Source of the DNA: a virus
Taxonomy: Duplodnaviria > Caudoviricetes
Length of the DNA stretch: 59,311 nucleotides
Strand: one strand, 5' to 3'
IMG/VR virus record: IMGVR_UViG_3300047457_000862
Location: 1-59,311 of that record
Positions 49,145-56,789 of this stretch are shown here, in pieces. Positions within the stretch are counted from its first letter, which is position 1. Each line of letters begins with the position of its first letter. Below the pieces are notes generated by a model. It did not search any database and was not told the DNA's origin. It saw only the letters and a program-made list of their open reading frames with translations. A program made the position numbers and the translations under genes.

Positions 49145-49208
49145 CTGATACTAACCAACCCCAAAAGAAACCAGAAACGGCGGGTTCGCCTGCTGTGATG
49201 GGTTCTGA
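49087..49208 (-). repeat. attC site
   Basis: On +: GCCGAAC...CACAGCGAACCCGCCG / CGGCGGGTTCGCcTGcTG...GTTCTGA. Confidence 0.75.
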
Positions 49209-49611
49209 TTCCCTAGCCGAAAAGCTCTTTGCTGCCGACGGACTGGATATGGAGCTATTCGACACGGTAAACATGATACTTGGGTGCGACACGGGAAAAT
49301 GCACTGACACAGGATTTTTGTGGGGTGCGACCGATACAACTTGGGATCATTACGACTGCTCGGTTGAAATCATTCGTCCTATTCACAGCGAATGGATGTC
49401 GCGCGAGCAGGCAGATCAAATCCTTGCGTTAGGCTTCGCTCAGATATTTGAAACTGTTGGCGATAAAGCGCGGCAAATCACAAGGAAAGGAATAGGCACC
49501 TGTTCGCCGCGTGAGGCAGGGGAGGTCAGAAGGCTCAAGGCGGAAATAAACGCACTCAGGAATCAGAACGCAGAAGTCAGCGACCCGACGGAGGAGGGTT
49601 CGCTGCACTGA
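49141..49611 (+). CDS. cassette ORF, hypothetical
   Basis: Starts inside one attC loop and ends inside the next attC. Confidence 0.65.
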   Translation: MTDTNQPQKKPETAGSPAVMGSDSLAEKLFAADGLDMELFDTVNMILGCDTGKCTDTGFLWGATDTTWDHYDCSVEIIRPIHSEWMSREQADQILALGFAQIFETVGDKARQITRKGIGTCSPREAGEVRRLKAEINALRNQNAEVSDPTEEGSLH

Positions 49612-49621
49612 CTGGTTCGGC
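49563..49621 (-). repeat. attC site (59 bp)
   Basis: Minus strand: GCCGAAC-CAGTC-AGTGCAGC-GAACCC..GGGTC-GCTGACT-TCTGC-GTTCTGA. Confidence 0.9.
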
Positions 49622-49631
49622 ACATTCACCG

Positions 49632-49979
49632 ATGAAAACGAAAGACCAACTCAAACCAAACTTCGGGCCAGCCTACGCCGCCGCTATGTATCCCGGCCTC
49701 GCGGCAATTTTCCACTGCCACGGCTACGCGCTCGCGTGCCACGGAAGCCTCGCCCGCGACTTCGACCTGATAGCTGTGCCGTGGGCTGAAACTGTGTCAG
49801 ACCATGCGACGGTGCTGAAAGACGTGACGACGGAATACGCGCTGCGACTCACGGACGATGGCGAAATGAAAAACCACGGGCGAAAAGCCTACACGCTCTC
49901 ATGCGGATTTGGTGAGTGCGCGATAGACCTGAGCTTTGTGTCGAACGACCCAAGCTCAGCGACGCGGGAGACAATATGA
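49632..49979 (+). CDS. cassette ORF, nucleotidyltransferase-like
   Basis: GYALACHGSLARDFDLIAVPW (GS..D.D motif). Confidence 0.7.
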   Translation: MKTKDQLKPNFGPAYAAAMYPGLAAIFHCHGYALACHGSLARDFDLIAVPWAETVSDHATVLKDVTTEYALRLTDDGEMKNHGRKAYTLSCGFGECAIDLSFVSNDPSSATRETI

Positions 49980-50165
49980 CGAACGAACGGAAACCAAAGC
50001 AGCCTGCGGTCCTTGGCGGGCCGTGTGAATGCGGCGATGGATATGCCGCGTGCAATATGGTGCTCGCCTACGAATGCACCCAGTGCGGTAGGCGGGAGGC
50101 TGCGGATGAATCGGCTAAAGCGCCGGACGAACAGGAGGCGCGTTCGCTGCAGCGCGTGGTTAGTC
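49940..50165 (-). repeat. attC site with long loop (226 bp)
   Basis: GTCGAAC..GCTCAGCGACGCG / CGCGtTCGCTGcAGC..GTTAGTC. Confidence 0.75.
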
Positions 50166-50464
50166 GCCTTGAGTGGACTTTCGAAGCAGAGTCGCGGCGG
50201 TGGCTGGGGCGGCTTCGTGGACATCCCGACCGCACGCTGTTCATCCTCAATCTCGTGGAGGGCCGCGACGACCGCTGCCACCTTCTTGGCGGGGTGATGT
50301 CCGACAGCGAGGATAGGCAACACACCCGCGCACTCGTGACTTGGGCGAAAATGGCGGCGGAGTGGTATCTCGACGACTTCGAAGCACTGCTGAAGGCGAC
50401 TAACAATCAAGCTCACCTACCCGCTCCGGCGGAGACGGTGGAGCGCAAGAAAGACAATCTATGA
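49976..50464 (+). CDS. cassette ORF, hypothetical
   Basis: Starts inside an attC loop. Confidence 0.6.
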   Translation: MTNERKPKQPAVLGGPCECGDGYAACNMVLAYECTQCGRREAADESAKAPDEQEARSLQRVVSRLEWTFEAESRRWLGRLRGHPDRTLFILNLVEGRDDRCHLLGGVMSDSEDRQHTRALVTWAKMAAEWYLDDFEALLKATNNQAHLPAPAETVERKKDNL

Positions 50465-50523
50465 ACACAGACACATCGAACGCAGAACAGCAGGAGCGGG
50501 TTAGGTGCAGCGCATGGTTAGAT
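50398..50523 (-). repeat. attC site
   Basis: GACTAAC..GCTCACCTACCCGCTCC / GGAGCGGGtTAGGTGcAGC..GTTAGAT. Confidence 0.88.
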
Positions 50524-50706
50524 GCCTGTAAGCGGCGCTACGAAGCAGCAATCAAAGCGCACTCGAAAGCACAAACAGCGGACGAGGAAAATAGACTGTT
50601 TGACGAAGTGGTGGCTGCAACCGACGAATACAGAACCGCGTCGGCATCTAACGCTGAACGCAGCGGCGTAACGTCCGCTGCCGTGACTGGTTCGCCACCT
50701 TTATGA
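50461..50706 (+). CDS. cassette ORF, hypothetical
   Basis: 81 aa; both termini are encoded by attC DNA. Confidence 0.55.
   Translation: MNTDTSNAEQQERVRCSAWLDACKRRYEAAIKAHSKAQTADEENRLFDEVVAATDEYRTASASNAERSGVTSAAVTGSPPL
50646..50696 (-). repeat. attC site (51 bp)
   Basis: ATCTAAC..CGCAGCGGCG / CGtCCGCTGcCG..GTTCGCC. Confidence 0.8.
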
Positions 50707-51065
50707 ACTCACTCGAAGTAATCAATGCCGAGAAACGCGCCTACGAGAAAGCGTGGAGATTGAAGAACATCGAAAGGTGTCGGCAATACTCGCGTGACAA
50801 TTACGCGAAGAATAAGGAACGCCGCCGCGAATATCGGTCCAAGTGGAGCAAAGCCAATCGCGCAAAGAAGAACGCCATAAACAAGCGGTGGCGCGAACGG
50901 CACCCGGATGTCGTGAAGGAATGCAATCGCCGCGAAATCGAGAACCTATCGGCAGCGTATGTAGCCAAGAAGATGCGCCTGCGTGTTAGCGAGTGCCCGC
51001 CCGAACTCATTCAACTGAAACGAACCCATATCCAACTGCAAAGAGAATTACGAAAAACCAAATGA
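50703..51065 (+). CDS. basic helical protein (cassette)
   Basis: R/K/Y/W repeats; PPELIQLKR. Confidence 0.65.
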   Translation: MNSLEVINAEKRAYEKAWRLKNIERCRQYSRDNYAKNKERRREYRSKWSKANRAKKNAINKRWRERHPDVVKECNRREIENLSAAYVAKKMRLRVSECPPELIQLKRTHIQLQRELRKTK

Positions 51066-51268
51066 CCACACCAACGAACATGCAAGAACTCCGCGCCGTG
51101 CTCTGCGAAACCATCGCCGCCGTTCGCGCAAAAGAAATCACACCCGACGCGGCGGAGGCCGTGAGTAATGCGAGCGGCAAAATAGTCGCGAGTTTCCGTG
51201 TGGAACTCGAATACCGCAGGATGCGAGGCGAAGTGCCTACACTCGGCTTCATGGAGGGCGGGAAATGA
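51062..51268 (+). CDS. small hypothetical protein (cassette)
   Basis: AEAVSNASGKIV; coupled to previous ORF. Confidence 0.6.
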   Translation: MTTPTNMQELRAVLCETIAAVRAKEITPDAAEAVSNASGKIVASFRVELEYRRMRGEVPTLGFMEGGK

Positions 51269-51672
51269 ACTGCGACGACGACCACCACGCGGCTATGGGT
51301 TCCATCGCGGAATCCAGCGCCGCGCAGGAGCAGGCTGTTAAACTCGCAAACCAAATCGACAAAGCACTCGCGCTAGTGAACGAAGAATGCCCAGCAATGG
51401 ATCATTTCACAAACATCGTTCCAACCGTAGAATGGCTGATTCAGAAATGGCGCGAATGTCGGAGGCTTTGGTCTAAATCATGCCAATACCGGGACAAATT
51501 ACGCGAGGAAAATCAACGTCTCCGCGACCACTTTTCTGGCCTGATTTACAGCGCAGAACGCGCAGCCGATTTGATTATTTCCGTGAGCGACCGATACGAC
51601 ATTGATGTTGCGATAGAGTCGGCAAAGGCGGTGCTGGCGAACGATGAGATCAGCCGGGAGGCGGGAGAATAA
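51265..51672 (+). CDS. hypothetical protein (cassette)
   Basis: Ends within an attC arm. Confidence 0.55.
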   Translation: MNCDDDHHAAMGSIAESSAAQEQAVKLANQIDKALALVNEECPAMDHFTNIVPTVEWLIQKWRECRRLWSKSCQYRDKLREENQRLRDHFSGLIYSAERAADLIISVSDRYDIDVAIESAKAVLANDEISREAGE

Positions 51673-51731
51673 TTTATGAAAAACACACAAGGCTCGCAGC
51701 CCGCCTCATCGGCTGCATCGACGGGTTCGGC
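51636..51731 (-). repeat. attC site
   Basis: GGCGAAC..GATCAGCCGGGAGGCGGG / CCCGCCTCATCGGCTGcATC..GTTCGGC. Confidence 0.85.
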
Positions 51732-52110
51732 ACTTACATTCGATGCGTTTCGTGCAGCGAACGTAGCACGCTGCCTCAAATGGCATCCCAAAGGAATCGA
51801 ATCGTGGTCGTCGTCAGACTGGCTCACCGCCGTCGCTGGCGAACTCGGAGAACTGGCATCACTGCTGAAAATGCGCAACCGAGAACGCGACGGGCTGCCC
51901 GGAAATAAGTTCAGCCCGACAGACAAACAAATCGCCGATGAAGTAGCCGACGTAGCGACCTACCTCGACCTGCTGGCATACGTGCTCGGCGTGGACATGG
52001 GCCGCGCGGTTGCGGAGAAATTCAATGCTGTCAGCGAGCGCGTGGGATTCCCCGACCGCCTCGAGGTGCCGAACGCAGAATCCACCGACGCGAAGCGTTC
52101 GGTGCGATGA
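51676..52110 (+). CDS. MazG-like nucleotide pyrophosphohydrolase (cassette)
   Basis: GELGEL...DEVADV..YL...KFN. Confidence 0.85.
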   Translation: MKNTQGSQPASSAASTGSALTFDAFRAANVARCLKWHPKGIESWSSSDWLTAVAGELGELASLLKMRNRERDGLPGNKFSPTDKQIADEVADVATYLDLLAYVLGVDMGRAVAEKFNAVSERVGFPDRLEVPNAESTDAKRSVR

Positions 52111-52120
52111 TTTGTTCGAC
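52068..52120 (-). repeat. attC site (53 bp)
   Basis: GCCGAAC..ATCCACCGACGC / GCGtTCGGTGcGAT..GTTCGAC. Confidence 0.88.
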
Positions 52121-52130
52121 ATTTACGACT

Positions 52131-52757
52131 ATGCAAACACAAGAAGCACTCGAAACACTTGACGCCATGCAGCGTCAAGTCATTCACGGCTCGACAGTCT
52201 TCAGGGACATCGGCGACGTGATACGGAATCTCACGCTTTCATGGACCGAAAAACCGCCAGACCAAGAGGGATGGTATTGGATTCGTTTCGCTGGGGTAGA
52301 AGCGCGACTGGTCAGTGTGGCTCATAATGGGACCACTTTGGAATACTACATATCAGGAATGGGTAAATTTAACCTATTCTACCCGCCCTCGCATTTCGTT
52401 GAGTTCGCCGGACCTGTGCGCGAACCGTCGAACAATAAAATGAACGAACCAGAACCAACTCCACCAACAGACAGCGGGCGCTTGCCTGACGCTACTTGTT
52501 CGCCTGCGGACGTTTTGCGGATACGCTGCATTCACCACATTAACGTGCCGCAACAAAACACGGCAGAGCACACTGGCGCGGAATGTGGTGGATGTATTGC
52601 CGCCGAACGGGACGCACTCAGATCCAAACTGGAGCAAGTGAGGAGACTGGCTGAGCATCTTGGATTCTGCCAACAGGTCTCCCAGAGGGAGATTGCCGAT
52701 GCGCTGACAAGCATACTGAATCAGGCGAACAAGGATTCTGCAACCGATTCACTCTAA
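52131..52757 (+). CDS. hypothetical protein, fusion of two cassette ORFs
   Basis: WTEKPPDQEGWYW module plus CIHH/ECGGC module joined across a decayed attC; second in-frame ATG at 52440. Confidence 0.55.
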   Translation: MQTQEALETLDAMQRQVIHGSTVFRDIGDVIRNLTLSWTEKPPDQEGWYWIRFAGVEARLVSVAHNGTTLEYYISGMGKFNLFYPPSHFVEFAGPVREPSNNKMNEPEPTPPTDSGRLPDATCSPADVLRIRCIHHINVPQQNTAEHTGAECGGCIAAERDALRSKLEQVRRLAEHLGFCQQVSQREIADALTSILNQANKDSATDSL

Positions 52758-52780
52758 CCGTTCGTCTAATCAAAATCCGA
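52724..52780 (-). other. attI-like recombination site candidate
   Basis: G|TTCGCC core without attC hairpin; two further GTT cores at 14-bp spacing. Confidence 0.5.
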
Positions 52781-52781
52781 C

Positions 52782-54632
52782 CTACCCCTGCACGTTCGCC
52801 GCGCTGGTCTCCCCGGGCATCGAAAGCAACCCGAGCTGGAGCGCCCTGATCGCAACGTGGCTCTCGCAGTCCGAGAGATGGTTCTCCTGATGAAGCTCAA
52901 CCCATGTCCACTCTACCTTGCCAGTGCGCTTATTCTTCTGCTGGCGCTTCACGCGTGAGTTCAAGTGGCGCTGGTAGCGGTCGCTCACGTTGATTGAAGC
53001 GTGCCAGATAACGGGGTCCGCGTAGCGCAGGCTCGACACGAGATCGAGGGCTCCGTTCTTCGAGAACTTCACGAATCGCACGCGCTGGACAGTGCGGTTC
53101 TCCCATGCGGTTCCGAGGAGCGGATCGCGGAACTGGACCTGTGAGTAAATCCTGGTGGTTCTCGTTCCATTCGGCCCTGGGTGGTAGAACTCCTTCGTGT
53201 TTGATCCCCAGATGCCGCGCCATCCGTAGCTGAGTATGATTCGGCCGACAGCGTTCGGTCGGTTCGCCATATCCACGGTGACGTTCTCGTCCGCAACTCC
53301 GTATTCGATCTGGACCTTCTTGATGTCGTCCTCGGTGTCCACGCGCTCCGCAAACACCAGCCAGCTCTCGCCGTGCGGCTTCTGTGGCGTCGGGCGGGCG
53401 AACTTCCGCACCAGCACCCAGTAGTGCCCCTCCTGCGCGTCCACGGCCATAAGCGGGACGGAGTCCTCCGGGGTCGATGTAATCTCCTCCAGCGGGATTT
53501 CCTTGTGATCGTAGCCGCGTGACTCGTCCCACGGTTCCGCAAGCCACGAGTTGATGAAGTTCTGCATGTCGCGCAGCAGCCCCTTGGATGTGAGATACTG
53601 AACTGCCACGGCCGACAGCGACGTCTGCTGCGACAGGATCGAGTATAGCGAGCTGAGTTGATACCCGAACCAGCCCGGGGCGCACTGCGAGTTTGTCGGG
53701 GTCCATATCCCCTCGCTGAGCATTGCCTGCCTCTCGATGTCCTGAATCTCTCCTCCGCACTCCTGACAGCGATAGAAGGCGTTCCTCGCCACTTTCTCCA
53801 TGTCCCACGCCCCATCGGTCTTCGATTCCTCCTCAGACTCTCTCCACCACCGCACCCCGCAATCGCCGTGCTCCTCCGACTTCGTTGTGAACATCAACCG
53901 GATGCGCCGTTCGCACCGCGGGCATGGGAGCATGTAGTATCGCTGGTCTGTCTTCAGGAACTCGGTCCAGATCATCCGGTTCGCCAGCGTCGGCGTGGAC
54001 GATTTCACCACCAGCGGGAACGGGTAGGTCTTCGTGCGCTCCTCCGCCAGTTTGATCGCCGCTGCCTCGAACTTCGACTCGTCGCCATACTTGTCCGTCT
54101 CGTCCATCCACAGCAGCCCTACGGGTCGGCTGGAAAGGTTCGCCGGAGAGTTGGAGCCTACAAAGTTGAGCACCATCGACGAGAAGTGCTGCTCCATGAA
54201 TCCGAAGAGATGCTTGTCGAACTCGCCGGATGCCGATCGAGGGACCATCGCCGCTGCCTGGGCGCACGCCCTGACGAACTTCTGCCACCGCGACTTCGAG
54301 AATGACTTCGCGAGCTCGCCATTCGGAAGCACCCACATGGCGTCCTGCGGATCCCGGGCCAGCCGATAGAGCATCCCGAGCTGCATGACCGAGGTTTTCC
54401 CGCTCTGCGTTCCGAACACCAGGACGAGGTGCTTTGAGTCCTTCTGCCCGATCCGCTCCAGCGGCTCCCTCAGATACGGAGTGAGCGTCATCGATGCCCG
54501 CCCCTGCACGGCACCAGTAGGGATGTCGCAGTTCGCCTCCACCCAGCTCACCACACTCTCGGTGGTCGGAGGCCTCAGTGCGTCCCTGAACCGCTGTTGC
54601 AGCTCCCTCAGTGCTTCAAGTCGATTACTCAT
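52782..54632 (-). CDS. terminase large subunit, GpA family
   Basis: TPYLREP, GTQSGKT, WMDETD, SSTPT, CPRC/CQEC, ENHLSDC. Confidence 0.92.
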   Translation of the reverse strand: MSNRLEALRELQQRFRDALRPPTTESVVSWVEANCDIPTGAVQGRASMTLTPYLREPLERIGQKDSKHLVLVFGTQSGKTSVMQLGMLYRLARDPQDAMWVLPNGELAKSFSKSRWQKFVRACAQAAAMVPRSASGEFDKHLFGFMEQHFSSMVLNFVGSNSPANLSSRPVGLLWMDETDKYGDESKFEAAAIKLAEERTKTYPFPLVVKSSTPTLANRMIWTEFLKTDQRYYMLPCPRCERRIRLMFTTKSEEHGDCGVRWWRESEEESKTDGAWDMEKVARNAFYRCQECGGEIQDIERQAMLSEGIWTPTNSQCAPGWFGYQLSSLYSILSQQTSLSAVAVQYLTSKGLLRDMQNFINSWLAEPWDESRGYDHKEIPLEEITSTPEDSVPLMAVDAQEGHYWVLVRKFARPTPQKPHGESWLVFAERVDTEDDIKKVQIEYGVADENVTVDMANRPNAVGRIILSYGWRGIWGSNTKEFYHPGPNGTRTTRIYSQVQFRDPLLGTAWENRTVQRVRFVKFSKNGALDLVSSLRYADPVIWHASINVSDRYQRHLNSRVKRQQKNKRTGKVEWTWVELHQENHLSDCESHVAIRALQLGLLSMPGETSAANVQG

Positions 54633-55248
54633 ACATTTTCTGCGCCTCCGTGATAATTTCCGTCGCTGCCGCCTCAAGCACATCGAACGCCCTGCGCGGG
54701 TCGGCTGGGTTACAGAGCGTGCATTTCGCCTGCGGGAGACGCTTCAGCCTGCCAATCATCAGATCCCACCCCTTCCTGAACATCTCCGTTGCTTCAGCCA
54801 GCGGGACAAGCACCCTGCGCTGCGCCTGCTCCTCGCGGTACGCCTTTTCCGCCGCGAACCGGGCCTCGATAGCCTTCGTGTGGATCGAGAGCGCTGGCGC
54901 GACCGCAGCGGGCTTTCCGGACGCCATGGCATCATCGAGCATCTTTTTCGCCTGAATCTGTGCCATGATCGCCGACTTCAGTGCCCCCTCCAGCGACATA
55001 TCCGCCGCGCTCGACGCATCCTTCCTCGGTCTGCCCCTTTTCCTCTTGGGTGGCTCGATCGACGCCACAACCTCCTCCATTTGCTCTGCCGCCCGCTTCC
55101 CTCCGGCCGACTTTCTCGACCTGGCATTCGCCTCCCGCCACTCCGTAGCGGCTTCTTCTGAGTCCAACGGCATCCCCTTCGTCGTGAGCTTCCTCACATA
55201 CTCCCGGGAGACGCCCCATCTGCGGGCAAGTTCAGCTTGGCGTATCAT
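54625..55248 (-). CDS. terminase small subunit (Nu1-like)
   Basis: N-terminal wHTH QAELARRWGVSREYV..GMP; LVP motif; overlaps terL. Confidence 0.8.
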   Translation of the reverse strand: MIRQAELARRWGVSREYVRKLTTKGMPLDSEEAATEWREANARSRKSAGGKRAAEQMEEVVASIEPPKRKRGRPRKDASSAADMSLEGALKSAIMAQIQAKKMLDDAMASGKPAAVAPALSIHTKAIEARFAAEKAYREEQAQRRVLVPLAEATEMFRKGWDLMIGRLKRLPQAKCTLCNPADPRRAFDVLEAAATEIITEAQKMYE

Positions 55249-55891
55249 CTTCAGTAGTCAGTTCTACCCAGAGCCGCTCACGTCAACCTTAATTCCGTGA
55301 AATACCAAATAAAAACTCGAAACGCTGGTTCCCAGGACACCTCAAGCCCTCTGAGGGAAGAGATTCCTTGACCACCACCGCAACAATTTCACGCAATAAT
55401 GCCAGTTGACGAGGTCCGCGCCGGTGGATATGGCAGCAACACCTTCCTTGACTGCGCTACGGCTCCGGGGCTGCGGCGTGTGAGACATGCGGGATCGCAA
55501 TACCGCAGGAGGCCGAGTGGTGGCAGTAGTAGCGTATGACGATGCGTGAGGCTGCCGCTGCTCGACAGGCGAATCAGAATACACTTACACTTCGACTATG
55601 CGCTTCCTGTCTTACAATCTCGTCTCCCTCACCTGCCTCATCATTGCTGGCTCGCTCATCTGGGGCGGACAAAGACCATTGGGGATGGTTCCTGGTCATC
55701 GGTGCGTTAACGGCCGTTGTTCCGGACGGCAAATCGAAAGATTGACACGGCGATTTCTGCGCCCTAGCACGGCGACGTGACGCTCGGCGTTGTGTTGCCT
55801 CGGGAGATCCGGGGCTAGGTTAAATCGCTGGCTCGACGGCTGGTTTGGATCTTCCTCATGAATCAGAGCTGGGTGTCACAACAAATAATTT

Positions 55892-55963
55892 GAGCGCGTC
55901 GTCTAATCAGGACACCTCCACAGGCGTAGTGAAATGCAGGTTCAAATCCTGCCGCGCTCACCA
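55892..55963 (+). tRNA. tRNA-like element with non-canonical anticodon arm (pseudo-tRNA)
   Basis: Acceptor GAGCGCG/CGCGCTC plus ACCA; T arm GCAGG-TTCAAAT-CCTGC; anticodon stem does not pair. Confidence 0.65.
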
Positions 55964-56154
55964 ATCTCGCCCGTAAGCAACCGGGCAAATGACCGTGACT
56001 GCGAAGTACAAGCACAGCGGACAATCGGGTAAGAGTAAATCCCGGTCGCTCTTCTCGGCGGCGTAGAACTGCCCGAGAAAGATTTTCCTTCCATTCCCCG
56101 CAGAACATGAGCTACACGCTCACCTGCCATCGAGACATGCTCTCGGCGGCAATT

Positions 56155-56176
56155 ACTGAACATACACTGAACATAC
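56155..56176 (+). repeat. 11-bp tandem duplication ACTGAACATAC x2
   Basis: Directly before the RNA ligase ATG. Confidence 0.8.
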
Positions 56177-56177
56177 A

Positions 56178-56789
56178 ATGAATAACGAACTCGAATTCAC
56201 TGAATTCCCAAAGATAGCGCGACTCTCTCGCGACTGCATCATTACTGAGAAGCTGGATGGCACAAATGCCCAGATCTGCATCACCGAGGACGGCGTAATG
56301 TACGTCGGATCTCGCTCCAGATGGATCACCCCGGAAGATGACAATTACGGATTTGCAAGCTGGGCTCGCGACAACAAGGAAGAGTTATTGAAGCTCGGGC
56401 CAGGCCGCCACTTCGGCGAGTGGTGGGGGCAGGGCATCCAGCGCAAATATGGGATGACAGAAAAGCGCTGGAGCCTATTCAACGTCGCTCGCTGGTGCCT
56501 TCACGGTACCGAGCCGCAGCGCATCATCACAGAAGACCCACGTATTGAGAAATACCAAGAAGTGCTTCCTTCCTGCTGTCATCTCGTTCCGTTGATGTAT
56601 CGAGGCCCATTTGTCACATCGACTATCGAATGGCATCTCGACCTTTTGCGCAAGAATGGAAGCCTTGCATCACCTGGCTTCATGCGGCCAGAGGGCATCG
56701 TGTGCTACCACATCGCTGCTGGGGTTGCGTTCAAGAAAACGGTCGAGAATGACGCGTCCAGGAAAGGTTTTTCGAAAACGATCATCTAA
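56178..56789 (+). CDS. RNA ligase (Rnl2-like adenylation domain)
   Basis: FPKI, TEKLDGTN, GSR, FGEW, EGIV, FK. Confidence 0.85.
   Translation: MNNELEFTEFPKIARLSRDCIITEKLDGTNAQICITEDGVMYVGSRSRWITPEDDNYGFASWARDNKEELLKLGPGRHFGEWWGQGIQRKYGMTEKRWSLFNVARWCLHGTEPQRIITEDPRIEKYQEVLPSCCHLVPLMYRGPFVTSTIEWHLDLLRKNGSLASPGFMRPEGIVCYHIAAGVAFKKTVENDASRKGFSKTII

Larger units (their letters stand above)
48850..52780 (-). mobile_element. integron-like gene cassette array without integrase (CALIN-like, with attI-like end)
   Basis: Seven intact attC hairpins, two decayed sites, complementary cassette termini. Confidence 0.85.

Noticed and set aside
51285-51305. Possible additional attC half-site (GCGGCTATGGGTTCC)
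   Set aside because: No pairing left arm. The flanking cassette ends at 50690 and 51642 already match each other.
49087-52120. Hairpins read as terminators, REP elements or CRISPR repeats
   Set aside because: No U-tails, no identical repeats with uniform spacers, and no cas genes. The AAC/GTT boxes and extrahelical bases fit attC.
52759-52786. dif-like site (CGTTCGTCTAA resembles a XerC arm)
   Set aside because: No XerD arm (TTATGTTAAAT-like) after the 6-bp spacer.
55892-55963. Functional tRNA-Trp(CCA)
   Set aside because: The CTCCACA loop lacks a proper 5-bp stem in canonical register, so the anticodon cannot be assigned.
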